A stretch of DNA of 64,000 nucleotides from Bacteroidota bacterium. Its GTDB lineage: Bacteria; Bacteroidota; Bacteroidia; Flavobacteriales; TMED113. Below are positions 47,073-57,000 of this stretch, piece by piece. The stretch covers positions 13,802-77,801 of the forward strand of contig JAYYFR010000029.1 of the NCBI GenBank assembly GCA_036158635.1, read 5' to 3'. The notes beneath the pieces are model-generated. The model did not search any database. It worked only from the letters and a program-made list of their open reading frames with translations, and was not told the DNA's origin. A program made the translations under genes and the position numbers. Positions within the stretch are counted from its first letter, which is position 1. Each line of letters opens with the position of its first letter.

Positions 47073-48501
47073 GTTTACTAATAAAAAATAAACAAATAAA
47101 TGTAATCAAGCCATTAATGATTAATAGCTCATAACCAAAGTTAAACCTGATTAATAACACATCGTATAAACTAATTATATATGTTAATAAAGGAGAAACA
47201 ATAACCACTAATGGAACATAGTGGTCATTTACATTTCTTTTTGTAAAAATACCAAAAAAGAACAAACCTAGTAAAGGCCCATAAGTGTATGAAGCTAAAG
47301 TAAATAATGTTGATATAATATTATCATCATTTAGATAATGAACCAAAAGTATTATGCAGAATAGAAGAAAAGAGATGAAAATATGAACTTTTTTTCGTTT
47401 TAAAACATTTTTTTTATTAGATTTTTTTGTGTCCATTTCTAAAAAATCAACACAGAAAGAAGTAGTTAATGAAGTCAAAGCTGAATCTGCACTAGAGTAA
47501 GCCGCACTCATTAAACCAAGTAAAAAAGTTATAAAAACAAAAACTCCTAATTTTTCACTTTTTATAATTTCAACAAATAAATTATCTCCATCACTAATTA
47601 TACTATTAACGGAGGCAAACTCATATAAAAGAGAACCTAAATACAAAAAAAGCAAGTTTACAAAGACTAATACTAAACTAAAGCAAACCATATTTCGTTG
47701 CGCTTCTTTAATATTTTTACATGATAAATTTTTTTGCATCATATCTTGGTCTAGACCTGTCATTGCAATTGAAATAAACATACCAGAAAGAAAATATCTT
47801 ATAAAATGCCTATTGTCATTAAAATCGTCAAACAAAAAAAAATTTAAATCCAATTTATTTTGTTCAACACTTTGACTAATTGATTCGAATCCTAAGTCTT
47901 TAAAAATTACATAAATACAAATGACAACAGTTAAGAGCATAAACGTAGTTTGTAATGTGTCAGTCCAAATAATTGTTTTTATACCTCCTTTATGAGTGTA
48001 AACCCATATAAAGAAAATTGTAAATAAAGATGTAACAAAAAAAGGAATATTAAATGAACTGAAAAATAATAAATCTAGGACCTTTGCAACTAAAAACAAT
48101 CTCAAAGAAGCCCCTAGTGTTCTTGATAAAAAGAAAAAAAAAGCACCAGATTTGTGAGAAAAATATCCAAATCTATCTTTTAAATACTCATATATTGAGT
48201 AAACTTTCATTTTATAATATATTGGCATCAGTATATAAGCAACAAAAATATAGCCAGGTACAAACCCTAATACCATTTGCATATAATAAAACTCCTGAGT
48301 TTTAACCCAACCCGGTACTGACAAAAAGGTAATTCCTGATAGTGAAACTCCCACCATACCATAAGCAACAATATACCATGGAGAACTTCTTTTACCTAAA
48401 AAAAAGGTATCGTTATCCTCATTGCCTTTAGTCCATTTAGAAATTAAAAACAAAAATGTAAAATACAATACAATTATTAATATTGTCAATAACTCTGTCA
48501 T
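47044..48501 (-). CDS. Sodium:solute symporter (SSS) family transporter
   Basis: About 13 TM helices with SSS-like N-terminal organisation. The substrate is unknown. Confidence 0.75.
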   Translation of the reverse strand: MTELLTILIIVLYFTFLFLISKWTKGNEDNDTFFLGKRSSPWYIVAYGMVGVSLSGITFLSVPGWVKTQEFYYMQMVLGFVPGYIFVAYILMPIYYKMKVYSIYEYLKDRFGYFSHKSGAFFFFLSRTLGASLRLFLVAKVLDLLFFSSFNIPFFVTSLFTIFFIWVYTHKGGIKTIIWTDTLQTTFMLLTVVICIYVIFKDLGFESISQSVEQNKLDLNFFLFDDFNDNRHFIRYFLSGMFISIAMTGLDQDMMQKNLSCKNIKEAQRNMVCFSLVLVFVNLLFLYLGSLLYEFASVNSIISDGDNLFVEIIKSEKLGVFVFITFLLGLMSAAYSSADSALTSLTTSFCVDFLEMDTKKSNKKNVLKRKKVHIFISFLLFCIILLVHYLNDDNIISTLFTLASYTYGPLLGLFFFGIFTKRNVNDHYVPLVVIVSPLLTYIISLYDVLLIRFNFGYELLIINGLITFICLFFISKPKSFLFDLE

Positions 48502-48548
48502 GAAAAAATAAAATTATACATACAAGAAGTATTTAATATTAGTTTGAT

Positions 48549-48556
48549 TATTTTTG
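48549..48556 (+). promoter_or_regulatory. Candidate -7 promoter box (TATTTTTG) abutting the recR start
   Basis: TAnnTTTG match ending 5 nt before the ATG at 48562. Confidence 0.2.
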
Positions 48557-48561
48557 ATAAT

Positions 48562-49179
48562 ATGAATTTTTCTTCAAAGTTAATAGAAAATGCAGTTAAT
48601 GCACTTTCTTCTATGCCAGGAATTGGAAAAAAAACTGCTTTAAGGTTAGTACTTAACCTAATAAAGAAATCAAAAAAAGATGTTTACATAATTTCAAACT
48701 CCCTTAAGGAATTAATTGATAATATAAATTATTGCAAAATATGTAATAATATATGCGAAGAAAGTATTTGTAAAATTTGTTTAGAAAGAGATAGACACAA
48801 AAGTATTATTTGTGTAATAAGAGATTTTAGAGATTTAATTGCAATTGAAAATACAAATGAATACAAAGGTTTGTACCACATTCTTGGAGGAGTCATTTCT
48901 CCTATGGAAGGAATATCCCCGTCAGACCTGAACATTGACTCATTAATTGATCGTGTAAGGGCAAACAAAATTGATGAAATTATTTTAGCTCTCAGTACAA
49001 CAATGGAGGGCGAAACAACAAACTTCTATCTATATAAAAAACTCATTCCATTTAATTTAAAAATTACAACAATGTCACGTGGAGTATCCATTGGTGATGA
49101 ATTAGAATACACTGATGAAATTACACTTGGAAGATCATTAGTTAATAGGCAGTTATTTGAAAATACTTTACAGAAATGA
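48562..49179 (+). CDS. recR: Recombination protein RecR
   Basis: HhH (LPGIGKKTALRL), a C4 zinc finger (YCKICNN...CKIC) and a Toprim domain. I prefer the ATG at 48562 (MNFSSKLIE) over the track's TTG at 48544. Confidence 0.92.
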   Translation: MNFSSKLIENAVNALSSMPGIGKKTALRLVLNLIKKSKKDVYIISNSLKELIDNINYCKICNNICEESICKICLERDRHKSIICVIRDFRDLIAIENTNEYKGLYHILGGVISPMEGISPSDLNIDSLIDRVRANKIDEIILALSTTMEGETTNFYLYKKLIPFNLKITTMSRGVSIGDELEYTDEITLGRSLVNRQLFENTLQK

Positions 49180-50786
49180 CACTTTCAATTATAATTGTTA
49201 ACTATAACGTTAAATATTTCTTAGAGCAATGTCTACAATCTATTGAATTATCTTCAAAAAAAATTAAAAAAGAAGTACTTATAGTTGATAATAATTCAAC
49301 TGATGGTTCATCTTTAATGGTTAGAAAAAAATTTCCAAAATTTAAGTTATTTGAAAATAAAAAAAATGTAGGATTTTCTAAAGCAAATAATCAAGCAATA
49401 AAAAAAGCCAAAGGAAAATATATTTTGCTTTTAAACCCAGATACAATATTAGAGGAAGATACCTTGAAAAAATGTTTAGATTTTTTTAAAATAAAAAAAA
49501 GTATTGGGGGCTTAGGTGTAAAAATGATTGATGGAAACGGTAATTTTCTACCTGAGTCAAAAAGATCATTTCCCAGCCCTACTATTGCCTTCTATAAAAT
49601 TTTTGGACTCAGTTTTTTATTTCCAAAGTCTAAAAAATTTGGAAAATACCATTTAGGTTTTTTGGATAAAAACAAAGTTCATGAGGTTGATGTATTATCT
49701 GGTGCTTTTTTTATGACAAAAAAATCTATTTTAAATAAAGTAGGCTTGTTGGATGAAAATTTTTTTATGTATGGTGAAGATATTGATATTTCTTACAGAA
49801 TTAAACTAGCAGGCTTTAAAAATTACTATTTTCCTAAAACTAGGATTATTCATTATAAAGGAGAAAGTACAAAAAAGACAAGTTTAAATTATGTTTTTTT
49901 GTTCTACAAAGCAATGAGCATATTTTACAACAAACACTTTAAAGGTGAATACAACTCTCTATTTAATTTCATTATTCACCTAGCAATATACTTAAGAGCT
50001 GGATTATCTTTAATAAAAAGATTTGTTGAAGACACAATATTTACCTTAATTGACATTGTTTTAATTTATAGCGGCACTTACGCTCTAAAAAGTGGATGGG
50101 AGAAATATTCTATTAGTTTAATTGGAGAACAAAAAATTTTACCATCAGAATTTATGAAATTTACTGTCCCAATAATTATTCTTATTTGGATTATCTTCTT
50201 ATATAAATTTAAAGCTTATGAAAAAAATGTTGAGATTAAAACAATTTTTAAATGCACCCTACTGGCAAGTTTAGTTATTTTAATAATTTATGGTTTACTG
50301 CCCGAAATTTACAGAAGTTCTAGAGCTTTGATTCTGCTTAGTTGTTTCTGGACAATCATTTCTTTAACTAGTTACAGAAAAATATTGAGCTCAATTGGAT
50401 TATCTAATTTTAAAACAAAAATTAAAAAAATTGCAATAATTGGTGATAAATCCCAATTTTTGAGAATCAAAAAACTAATCAATAGAAATCTTGATAACAA
50501 GACATATATTAAGCATATCTACTTTAATAATATAAACTCTAAAAAAAAGTCAGTTGAATTAAATGATGAAATCATAAAATCCATTAATATTGACTCAGTT
50601 AACGAAATAATATTTTGTGCGAAAAATATTTCTTTTAATCAAATATTAAATAAAATATCTTTTCTAAATAAATATCAAATCAAAATGAAAATAGCACCTG
50701 AAAATGGCGAATTTATAATTGGTAGTGATTCAAAAAACAAACAAGGAGAATTATATACAATTGACAAAAAAAAAATAAGTAATTAA
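49176..50786 (+). CDS. Family 2 glycosyltransferase fused to a multi-TM plus Rossmann-like (CoA_binding_3-like) C-terminal module
   Basis: The GT2 N-terminus is LSIIIVNYNVKYFLEQCL...DNNSTDGS...LLNPDT. It is followed by about 5 TM helices and then KIAIIGDKSQFLRIKKLI...VNEIIFCA. Confidence 0.8.
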   Translation: MTLSIIIVNYNVKYFLEQCLQSIELSSKKIKKEVLIVDNNSTDGSSLMVRKKFPKFKLFENKKNVGFSKANNQAIKKAKGKYILLLNPDTILEEDTLKKCLDFFKIKKSIGGLGVKMIDGNGNFLPESKRSFPSPTIAFYKIFGLSFLFPKSKKFGKYHLGFLDKNKVHEVDVLSGAFFMTKKSILNKVGLLDENFFMYGEDIDISYRIKLAGFKNYYFPKTRIIHYKGESTKKTSLNYVFLFYKAMSIFYNKHFKGEYNSLFNFIIHLAIYLRAGLSLIKRFVEDTIFTLIDIVLIYSGTYALKSGWEKYSISLIGEQKILPSEFMKFTVPIIILIWIIFLYKFKAYEKNVEIKTIFKCTLLASLVILIIYGLLPEIYRSSRALILLSCFWTIISLTSYRKILSSIGLSNFKTKIKKIAIIGDKSQFLRIKKLINRNLDNKTYIKHIYFNNINSKKKSVELNDEIIKSINIDSVNEIIFCAKNISFNQILNKISFLNKYQIKMKIAPENGEFIIGSDSKNKQGELYTIDKKKISN

Positions 50787-50821
50787 TTGTAATCAAAAAA
50801 GTAACAAATTGTATATTTTAT

Positions 50822-50829
50822 TAATTTTG
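50822..50829 (+). promoter_or_regulatory. Candidate -7 promoter box (TAATTTTG)
   Basis: TAnnTTTG match 20 nt upstream of the ATG at 50850. Confidence 0.25.
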
Positions 50830-50849
50830 GATCGATTTAAAATTTAATC

Positions 50850-52172
50850 ATGGGAAAAAGAGAATTAAAAATGCCAAAAATGGGTGAAAGTGTAGCTGAA
50901 GCTACTATTATTAGTTGGCAAAAAAAAGTTGGAGACAAAATAGAGGTCGATGAAACTGTAGTTGAAATAGCAACAGATAAAGTTGATTCTGAAATTCCAT
51001 CTGAAGTTAATGGTACTATTAAAGAAATACTATTTGATGTTGATGATGTTGTAAAAGTTGGACAAACTATCGCTATTATTGAAACAAATGATGGTTCCAA
51101 TGATACAAATGAAAAAATTATAGATAAATCAAAAATGCATGTGGAGCAAGAAGTTAAAAAGTCAGTTGATAGCATCAATAACGAAATTGAAAAAGCTAAA
51201 ATTAATTCTAACAATCTTGAAATCTTAAATAATAATAAATTTTACTCTCCATTAGTTAAAAATATCGCAAAAAAAGAGGGCATCAGTAACGAAGAACTGA
51301 ACAACATTGTTGGAAGTGGAAAAAATCAAAGAGTTACGAAAAATGACATATTAAATTATATTGATAAAAAAACAATTGCTAATAACGAAGATAAAACTGT
51401 ATCAAAATCAATTTATGAGGAAAATGATATAAAACAAAAAACAGTTCCGCTAAAATTTGAAGGAGAAAATGAAATTATTGAAATGAGTAGAATGAGAAAG
51501 TTAATAGCAGATCATATGACAATGAGTAAATCTACCTCTGCTCATGTAACTTCTTTCAATGAAGTAGATATGACTAATATCGTTAACTGGAGAAATAGTA
51601 TAAAAAACAAATTTAAAATTAGAGAAAAACAAAACATAACATTTACTCCAATTATCATTGAAGCTATTATTAAAGCATTAATTGAATTTCCAATGATAAA
51701 TATTTCAGTTGATGGAAATAAAATCATAAAACATAAAAACATAAATATTGGTATGGCCACTGCCCTATCCGATGGAAATTTAATTGTTCCTGTTATTAAA
51801 AATGGAAATGAAAAAAATTTATTAGGTCTTACAAAATCAGTTAATGACTTAGCTAATAGAGCAAGAAATGGGAAATTAAATCCTGATGACACCTCTGGGG
51901 GAACATTTACATTTACAAATGTTGGTAGTTTTGGAAGTGTAATGGGAACACCTATAATCAATCAACCTCAGGTTGCAATTTTAGCTGCTGGTGTAATACA
52001 AAAAAAACCTGCGGTTTTGGAAACTGAACACGGAGATCTAATTGGTATAAGAAGTAAAATGTTTTTATCATTGTCTTATGACCATAGAGTTGTGGACGGA
52101 GCTTTAGGTGGTAGTTTTTTAAATCGAGTTGCTCATTATTTAGAAAGTTTTGATATTAAAAGAGAAATATGA
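50850..52172 (+). CDS. 2-oxoacid dehydrogenase complex E2 (dihydrolipoyllysine-residue acyltransferase)
   Basis: Lipoyl domain (MPKMGESVAEATI...IATDKVDSEIPS), a peripheral subunit-binding domain, and a catalytic domain with SLSYDHRVVDGA. Which 2-oxoacid complex it belongs to cannot be told from here. Confidence 0.9.
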   Translation: MGKRELKMPKMGESVAEATIISWQKKVGDKIEVDETVVEIATDKVDSEIPSEVNGTIKEILFDVDDVVKVGQTIAIIETNDGSNDTNEKIIDKSKMHVEQEVKKSVDSINNEIEKAKINSNNLEILNNNKFYSPLVKNIAKKEGISNEELNNIVGSGKNQRVTKNDILNYIDKKTIANNEDKTVSKSIYEENDIKQKTVPLKFEGENEIIEMSRMRKLIADHMTMSKSTSAHVTSFNEVDMTNIVNWRNSIKNKFKIREKQNITFTPIIIEAIIKALIEFPMINISVDGNKIIKHKNINIGMATALSDGNLIVPVIKNGNEKNLLGLTKSVNDLANRARNGKLNPDDTSGGTFTFTNVGSFGSVMGTPIINQPQVAILAAGVIQKKPAVLETEHGDLIGIRSKMFLSLSYDHRVVDGALGGSFLNRVAHYLESFDIKREI

Positions 52173-52777
52173 AAATAATCTGTATTGGTAGAAATTATCT
52201 TGAGCATATTAAAGAATTAAAAAATACATCTCCAGAAGAAATTTTATTTTTTTTAAAACCTGAAACTGCAATACCAATTAAAGGTCAGCCCTTTTTCTTA
52301 CCAGATTTTTCAAGTAATATAGAACATGAAATAGAAATAATTTTAAAAATTAATAAAACAGGAAAATTTATTCAGGAAAAATTCGCTAAAAATTACTTTA
52401 GTGAAATTTCAATTGGAATTGATTTCACTGCAAGAGATTTACAAGAAAAATTGAAAAAAAAAGGACTTCCATGGGAACCAGCTAAGTCATTTGATGGCTC
52501 AGCTGTAGTTGGGAAATTTATACCAATTATTGATTTAGAACTTAAAAATATTAATTTCTCTCTTTATAAAAATGGAAAAATAGTTCAAAAAGGAAATACT
52601 AAATATATGATGAATAATTTCAGTAAAATAATTAGCTATGTTTCTAAATTTATAACACTTAAAAAAGGTGATTTAATTTTCACTGGAACACCATCCGGAG
52701 TCTCAACTGTCAAAAAAAATGATCACTTAGAAGGATTTATAGAAAACAAAAGTTTATTTGAAATTAAAGTTGTTTAA
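52169..52777 (+). CDS. Fumarylacetoacetate hydrolase (FAH) family protein
   Basis: MKIICIGRNYLEHIKEL...GDLIFTGTPSGV is typical of the FAH/HpcE family. ATGA overlap with E2. Confidence 0.85.
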   Translation: MKIICIGRNYLEHIKELKNTSPEEILFFLKPETAIPIKGQPFFLPDFSSNIEHEIEIILKINKTGKFIQEKFAKNYFSEISIGIDFTARDLQEKLKKKGLPWEPAKSFDGSAVVGKFIPIIDLELKNINFSLYKNGKIVQKGNTKYMMNNFSKIISYVSKFITLKKGDLIFTGTPSGVSTVKKNDHLEGFIENKSLFEIKVV

Positions 52778-52778
52778 A

Positions 52779-53516
52779 TTATTTTAAATTGAATAAATCA
52801 TCAACACTCAATAATCTTTCTGATTTAAAACCCTCGGCGTACTTTACATTAATAATTCTCCCTAAATCAGATGCTCTGTAAATAATACTATCTAAAAAAC
52901 TTTTTTTTGAAATAATAGTTTCTGGCTCTTTCGATTTTGGATTAAAAAATTGTGATGAATAACACTCAATAATTTTCATTTTTTTTTCCATGTAGTTTGA
53001 AACATCAACTACAAAATCCGGTATTTCTTGGTTAAATTGAGTGTAATAATATAAAGAATTTGGTCTCCAAATTTTTTGATTTAGATTATTATAATTAGTT
53101 TTTACTTTTATCAAACCTGATAAAAAACAACATGTTTTAATTAATTCTGCGGCACGACCATGGTCTGGATGTCTATCATTTTTTGAATTAGCTAAAACAA
53201 TTTTTGGCTGAAAATGTCTGATATAAGAAATAATTTTTAATTTATTGTTGTCATTTATTTCAAAAAAACCGTCTTTCATATTTAAATTTAATCTGAAAGA
53301 AATATTCATCAATGAATTTGCTTTTTCAGTTTCTCTTTGTCTTATATCTTTACTTCCTCTAGTTCCTAACTCTCCTTGGGTTAAATCAATCAATCCTATT
53401 TTATACCCTAATTCTATGTGTTTTAAAATGGTTCCAGAACAAGATAGTTCAATGTCATCAGGATGAGCTCCAAAAACTAAAATATCGATTTTTGTATTTA
53501 TTTTTTCTTTATCCAA
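52779..53516 (-). CDS. bshB1: PIG-L family deacetylase, bacillithiol biosynthesis BshB1-like
   Basis: ILVFGAHPDDIELSCSGT (the PIG-L zinc motif) and HPDH, with size and context as in flavobacterial BshB1. Confidence 0.78.
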   Translation of the reverse strand: MDKEKINTKIDILVFGAHPDDIELSCSGTILKHIELGYKIGLIDLTQGELGTRGSKDIRQRETEKANSLMNISFRLNLNMKDGFFEINDNNKLKIISYIRHFQPKIVLANSKNDRHPDHGRAAELIKTCCFLSGLIKVKTNYNNLNQKIWRPNSLYYYTQFNQEIPDFVVDVSNYMEKKMKIIECYSSQFFNPKSKEPETIISKKSFLDSIIYRASDLGRIINVKYAEGFKSERLLSVDDLFNLK

Positions 53517-54046
53517 CTTGTTATTTTATCTGATTTAGGGCTTGTATAGGGGAAAAAATAATCAACAAGTTTTCCGTTTTGATCAACTATATACTTTTGA
53601 AAATTCCAACGAACTGTTGAGTTTTTAACGCCATTCAATTCTTTTTTTGTTAACCACTCATAAACTGGATGTATATTTTTACCTTTTACATCAATTTTTG
53701 ACATTAAAATAAAAGAAGTTGCATACTTAGAATCACAAAAAAAAGCAATTTCTTCATCTGATCCAGGTTCTTGTTTTCCAAAATTATTTGCTGGAAAAGC
53801 AATAATTTCAAAACCATATTTTTTATACTCCTTATACAAAGACTCCAAATCTTGGTATTGGTACGTTAAACCGCAATATGATGCTGTATTTACAATTAAA
53901 ACCTTTTTTCCTTTTAAACTTGAAAAATCTAAAATATCTCCATTAATCATTTTTGCTTTAAAATCATGTAATGATTTTAAATTTTCTTGACTAACAGATT
54001 TAGAACTACAAAAAAAGCTAAACATAATTATTAATAATAATCTCAT
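53498..54046 (-). CDS. Secreted glutathione peroxidase family (thioredoxin-fold) peroxidase, Cys-type
   Basis: Signal peptide. The peroxidatic Cys is in NTASYCGLT (codon TGC, not TGA). FPANNFGKQEPGSDEEIAFFC contains the resolving-Cys position, and WNFQKY is present. Confidence 0.88.
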   Translation of the reverse strand: MRLLLIIMFSFFCSSKSVSQENLKSLHDFKAKMINGDILDFSSLKGKKVLIVNTASYCGLTYQYQDLESLYKEYKKYGFEIIAFPANNFGKQEPGSDEEIAFFCDSKYATSFILMSKIDVKGKNIHPVYEWLTKKELNGVKNSTVRWNFQKYIVDQNGKLVDYFFPYTSPKSDKITSWIKKK

Positions 54047-54059
54047 TTAAATAACAAAG

Positions 54060-57000
54060 TTAATTGGTTTTATTTTTTTTTAAATATGAGTAATGAAATT
54101 TTATACCAGATAATGACAAAATAATTATTGTGAATATTAATGATATATAAATCCAGGATTGAGCTGGAGGAGGCTCTCCATTAGCATATGAGTGTAGACC
54201 AGATAAATAAAAATTAACACCAAAATATGTCATTATTATTGAGGCAAAACCAATAAATGAAGCAGCACTAAAAATATATTTAAATCTTTTAGTTGATACT
54301 AATCTTATATGCAAAATAATTGAGTAGACAATTACACTAATTAAGGCCCATGTTTCTTTAGGATCCCAGCCCCAATATCTCCCCCAAGACTCATTAGCCC
54401 ATACACCACCCAAAAAAGTCCCAACTGTTAATAAAAATAGACCTATAACCATGCATATTTCATTTATCCCAACTAATCTTTTTATTTCTTGATTTAATTT
54501 ATTAAAATTAAAATCAGTAGTAAATATTACTAAAAGCATTGATAATAGTCCTAAAAACGCACTTAAAGCTAAAAAACCATAACTTGATGTTATAATTGAA
54601 ACATGAATCATCAGCCAATAAGAATTCAGTACTGGTACTAAATTTGTTATTTCAGGGTTTATCCAGTTTAAATTTGCCACTAAGAGGAGAATGGAGCCAA
54701 CAATTGATGCTCCAGCTAAGGAAAAATTTGATTTTTTTGTAAAAATTAGTCCTGATAATAAGGTTGCCCATGAAATAAAAATTAATGATTCATAGGCATC
54801 ACTCCAAGGTGCGTGACCAGAAATAATACCTCTAAAAGTTAAAAATACAGTGTGAAAAATAAAACCTGCAAAAATCAAATATTTAATTGATTTTATGAAA
54901 AAATTAATGATGGTCTTTTTTTCAAAAAATATTTCAACAATCAAGAATATTAATAAAATAAAACCTAACATCAAATAGAAAATAAGTAACCTAGAAAAAT
55001 GAAAGGGATTTACATCATTATAAAAATTTTCTAAATTTATTTTTCCTTCAGATGGAATGATATCATTAGCATTTTTCCTTTGATAATCAATTATATCTTG
55101 AACTAATAAATTAAATTTCTGAGATTGATTTGTTTCAATATATTGCTTAATTAGCTTGAAATAAGTCATTTCATCTTCTTTTATCCTATCAAATGTCCAT
55201 TTCTCATTTAATAAAACCTTTTTTAAATTTTTATCGACCGGTACAGGTAATTCTTTTGGAAAGAAATTTAAGTGAACTTCAGAAGAACTATCTAAAGTTC
55301 TATAAATTGAATTAAAAATAATATGACAAATATTAAATCTTTCATCAAGGTCAATTATTGCATTATCAAATTTGGATCTTAAACCAGGTTTTTTTGAATA
55401 AGAATTTTCAACATAAGTTTTTAACCTGTAGTTAAAAGCTCTTAAATCTAAAGTAGGAACAAAGATTATTTGTTTATCCCCCCTAGTTACAGTAAAAACA
55501 ATTTTTTCTTGAAAAGAAAATTTTTGATTAGGAAAAATTAAACCTTTCTTACCTTCTTTTTCACCATTTAAAATCATGTATTTGATTGTGTCAGATGAAA
55601 TAATATTTATAAATCCAGCTTCGAGATTTAAATTAATATGCTTATCTAAATTTTCATTAAAAGAAAATCTGAAGTCATTTAAACTTATTGGATTATCAGA
55701 TGAGAAAATTGTTGTATCTAAAGAATTAAATGAAGTTGGAGGAAAGTTAATTTTTAGACCTGGTTTCCAAAAATCCCAATATGAAAGATATTCTTTATTT
55801 AGCGGGAATATATTTTTTACTTTTTCATTTTTACCTATAGTTATTAAATCCATTTTCATCCATTCAGAAGGATATAAAATCATGCCCAATAGAACTTGGT
55901 TTGAATTAATTTTATAATTCTGTCCATTATGCTCGTATGAAAAAGATTGTTTTCTTGAAATTTTCCTCAACATCTCAGAGCTTAAAGATTGAAAAGGCTT
56001 AATTCTTCCGTCATTATCTTCTACTAATATTTTAGAAAAATAATTTGACTTTTCAATATCTATTTTACTTAAAAGATTATGTACTGAATCTGATTCGGAT
56101 GAGTAAGAGAGGTTAAAACTAAATAAAAAAAATAAAAAAAATAGATTCTTAGTATTATTAAGTCTTTTTGATAAAGTTCCAAATCTAGTAGATCTAGAAA
56201 TTATGACTGAAATAACAGAAATAAGTAACATTAAATAACCTAAATATGTAACAGCTGTACCCAGCTTATCTTGATTAACAGATAATATAGTACCTGATTC
56301 ATCAGGAAAATAAGAAGCTTGAAAAAATCTGTAACCCTTGTAATTTAAAATATTGTTCATATATATTCTATAGTTAAAAGAATTTGTGTTTTGTTTATTA
56401 ACAGGGGGAATAACACTAATTTCACTTGCATAAGATGAGGGACTATCAGAACCTGGGTATCTTTCCATTTGAAAATCATTTAATTTAATTTTAAAAGGTA
56501 ATTTAACTTCTTTAGAGCCATAAGAAATTTTAAAAAAGAGAGAGTCTAAATTTATATATACTGGTTCTCCAATAATTCCTATAGCACCATCTAAATCTAT
56601 TATGGTATCATAATTTAAATAGCTCAATTTTATTTTAAGTAAATCAGAGATTTCTTGTTCATTTTTTGAAAAGTTTTTTCCAACTTGATTATTAATATTT
56701 ACGTCAGCCAAAACAGAGCTGTTAAATGAAAATGTTATACCTCCTTTATCTAAATACTGACCATCATGTAAATATGAAACCTCTTTGCCTGATGTTACTA
56801 TTTCTAAAAAAACTTCACCATCTTGATTTTGGATATCCCTAAGTAAGAATGCGTTATTATTCAAAAAATATGGTGTCATTTTTTGAAAAGGATGATATTT
56901 ATTTGCCTCTAAATTTTGTTGACTACTGGGATCCTGCATATTTGCTTGAATAATTGGGTAGTTTGATTCAAAAATTAATTCACTAGATTTCAAAGAATAG

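Noticed and set aside
53873-53875. Possible selenocysteine in the glutathione peroxidase active site
   Set aside because: The codon at the peroxidatic position is TGC (Cys) on the coding strand, not TGA, and the ORF is uninterrupted.
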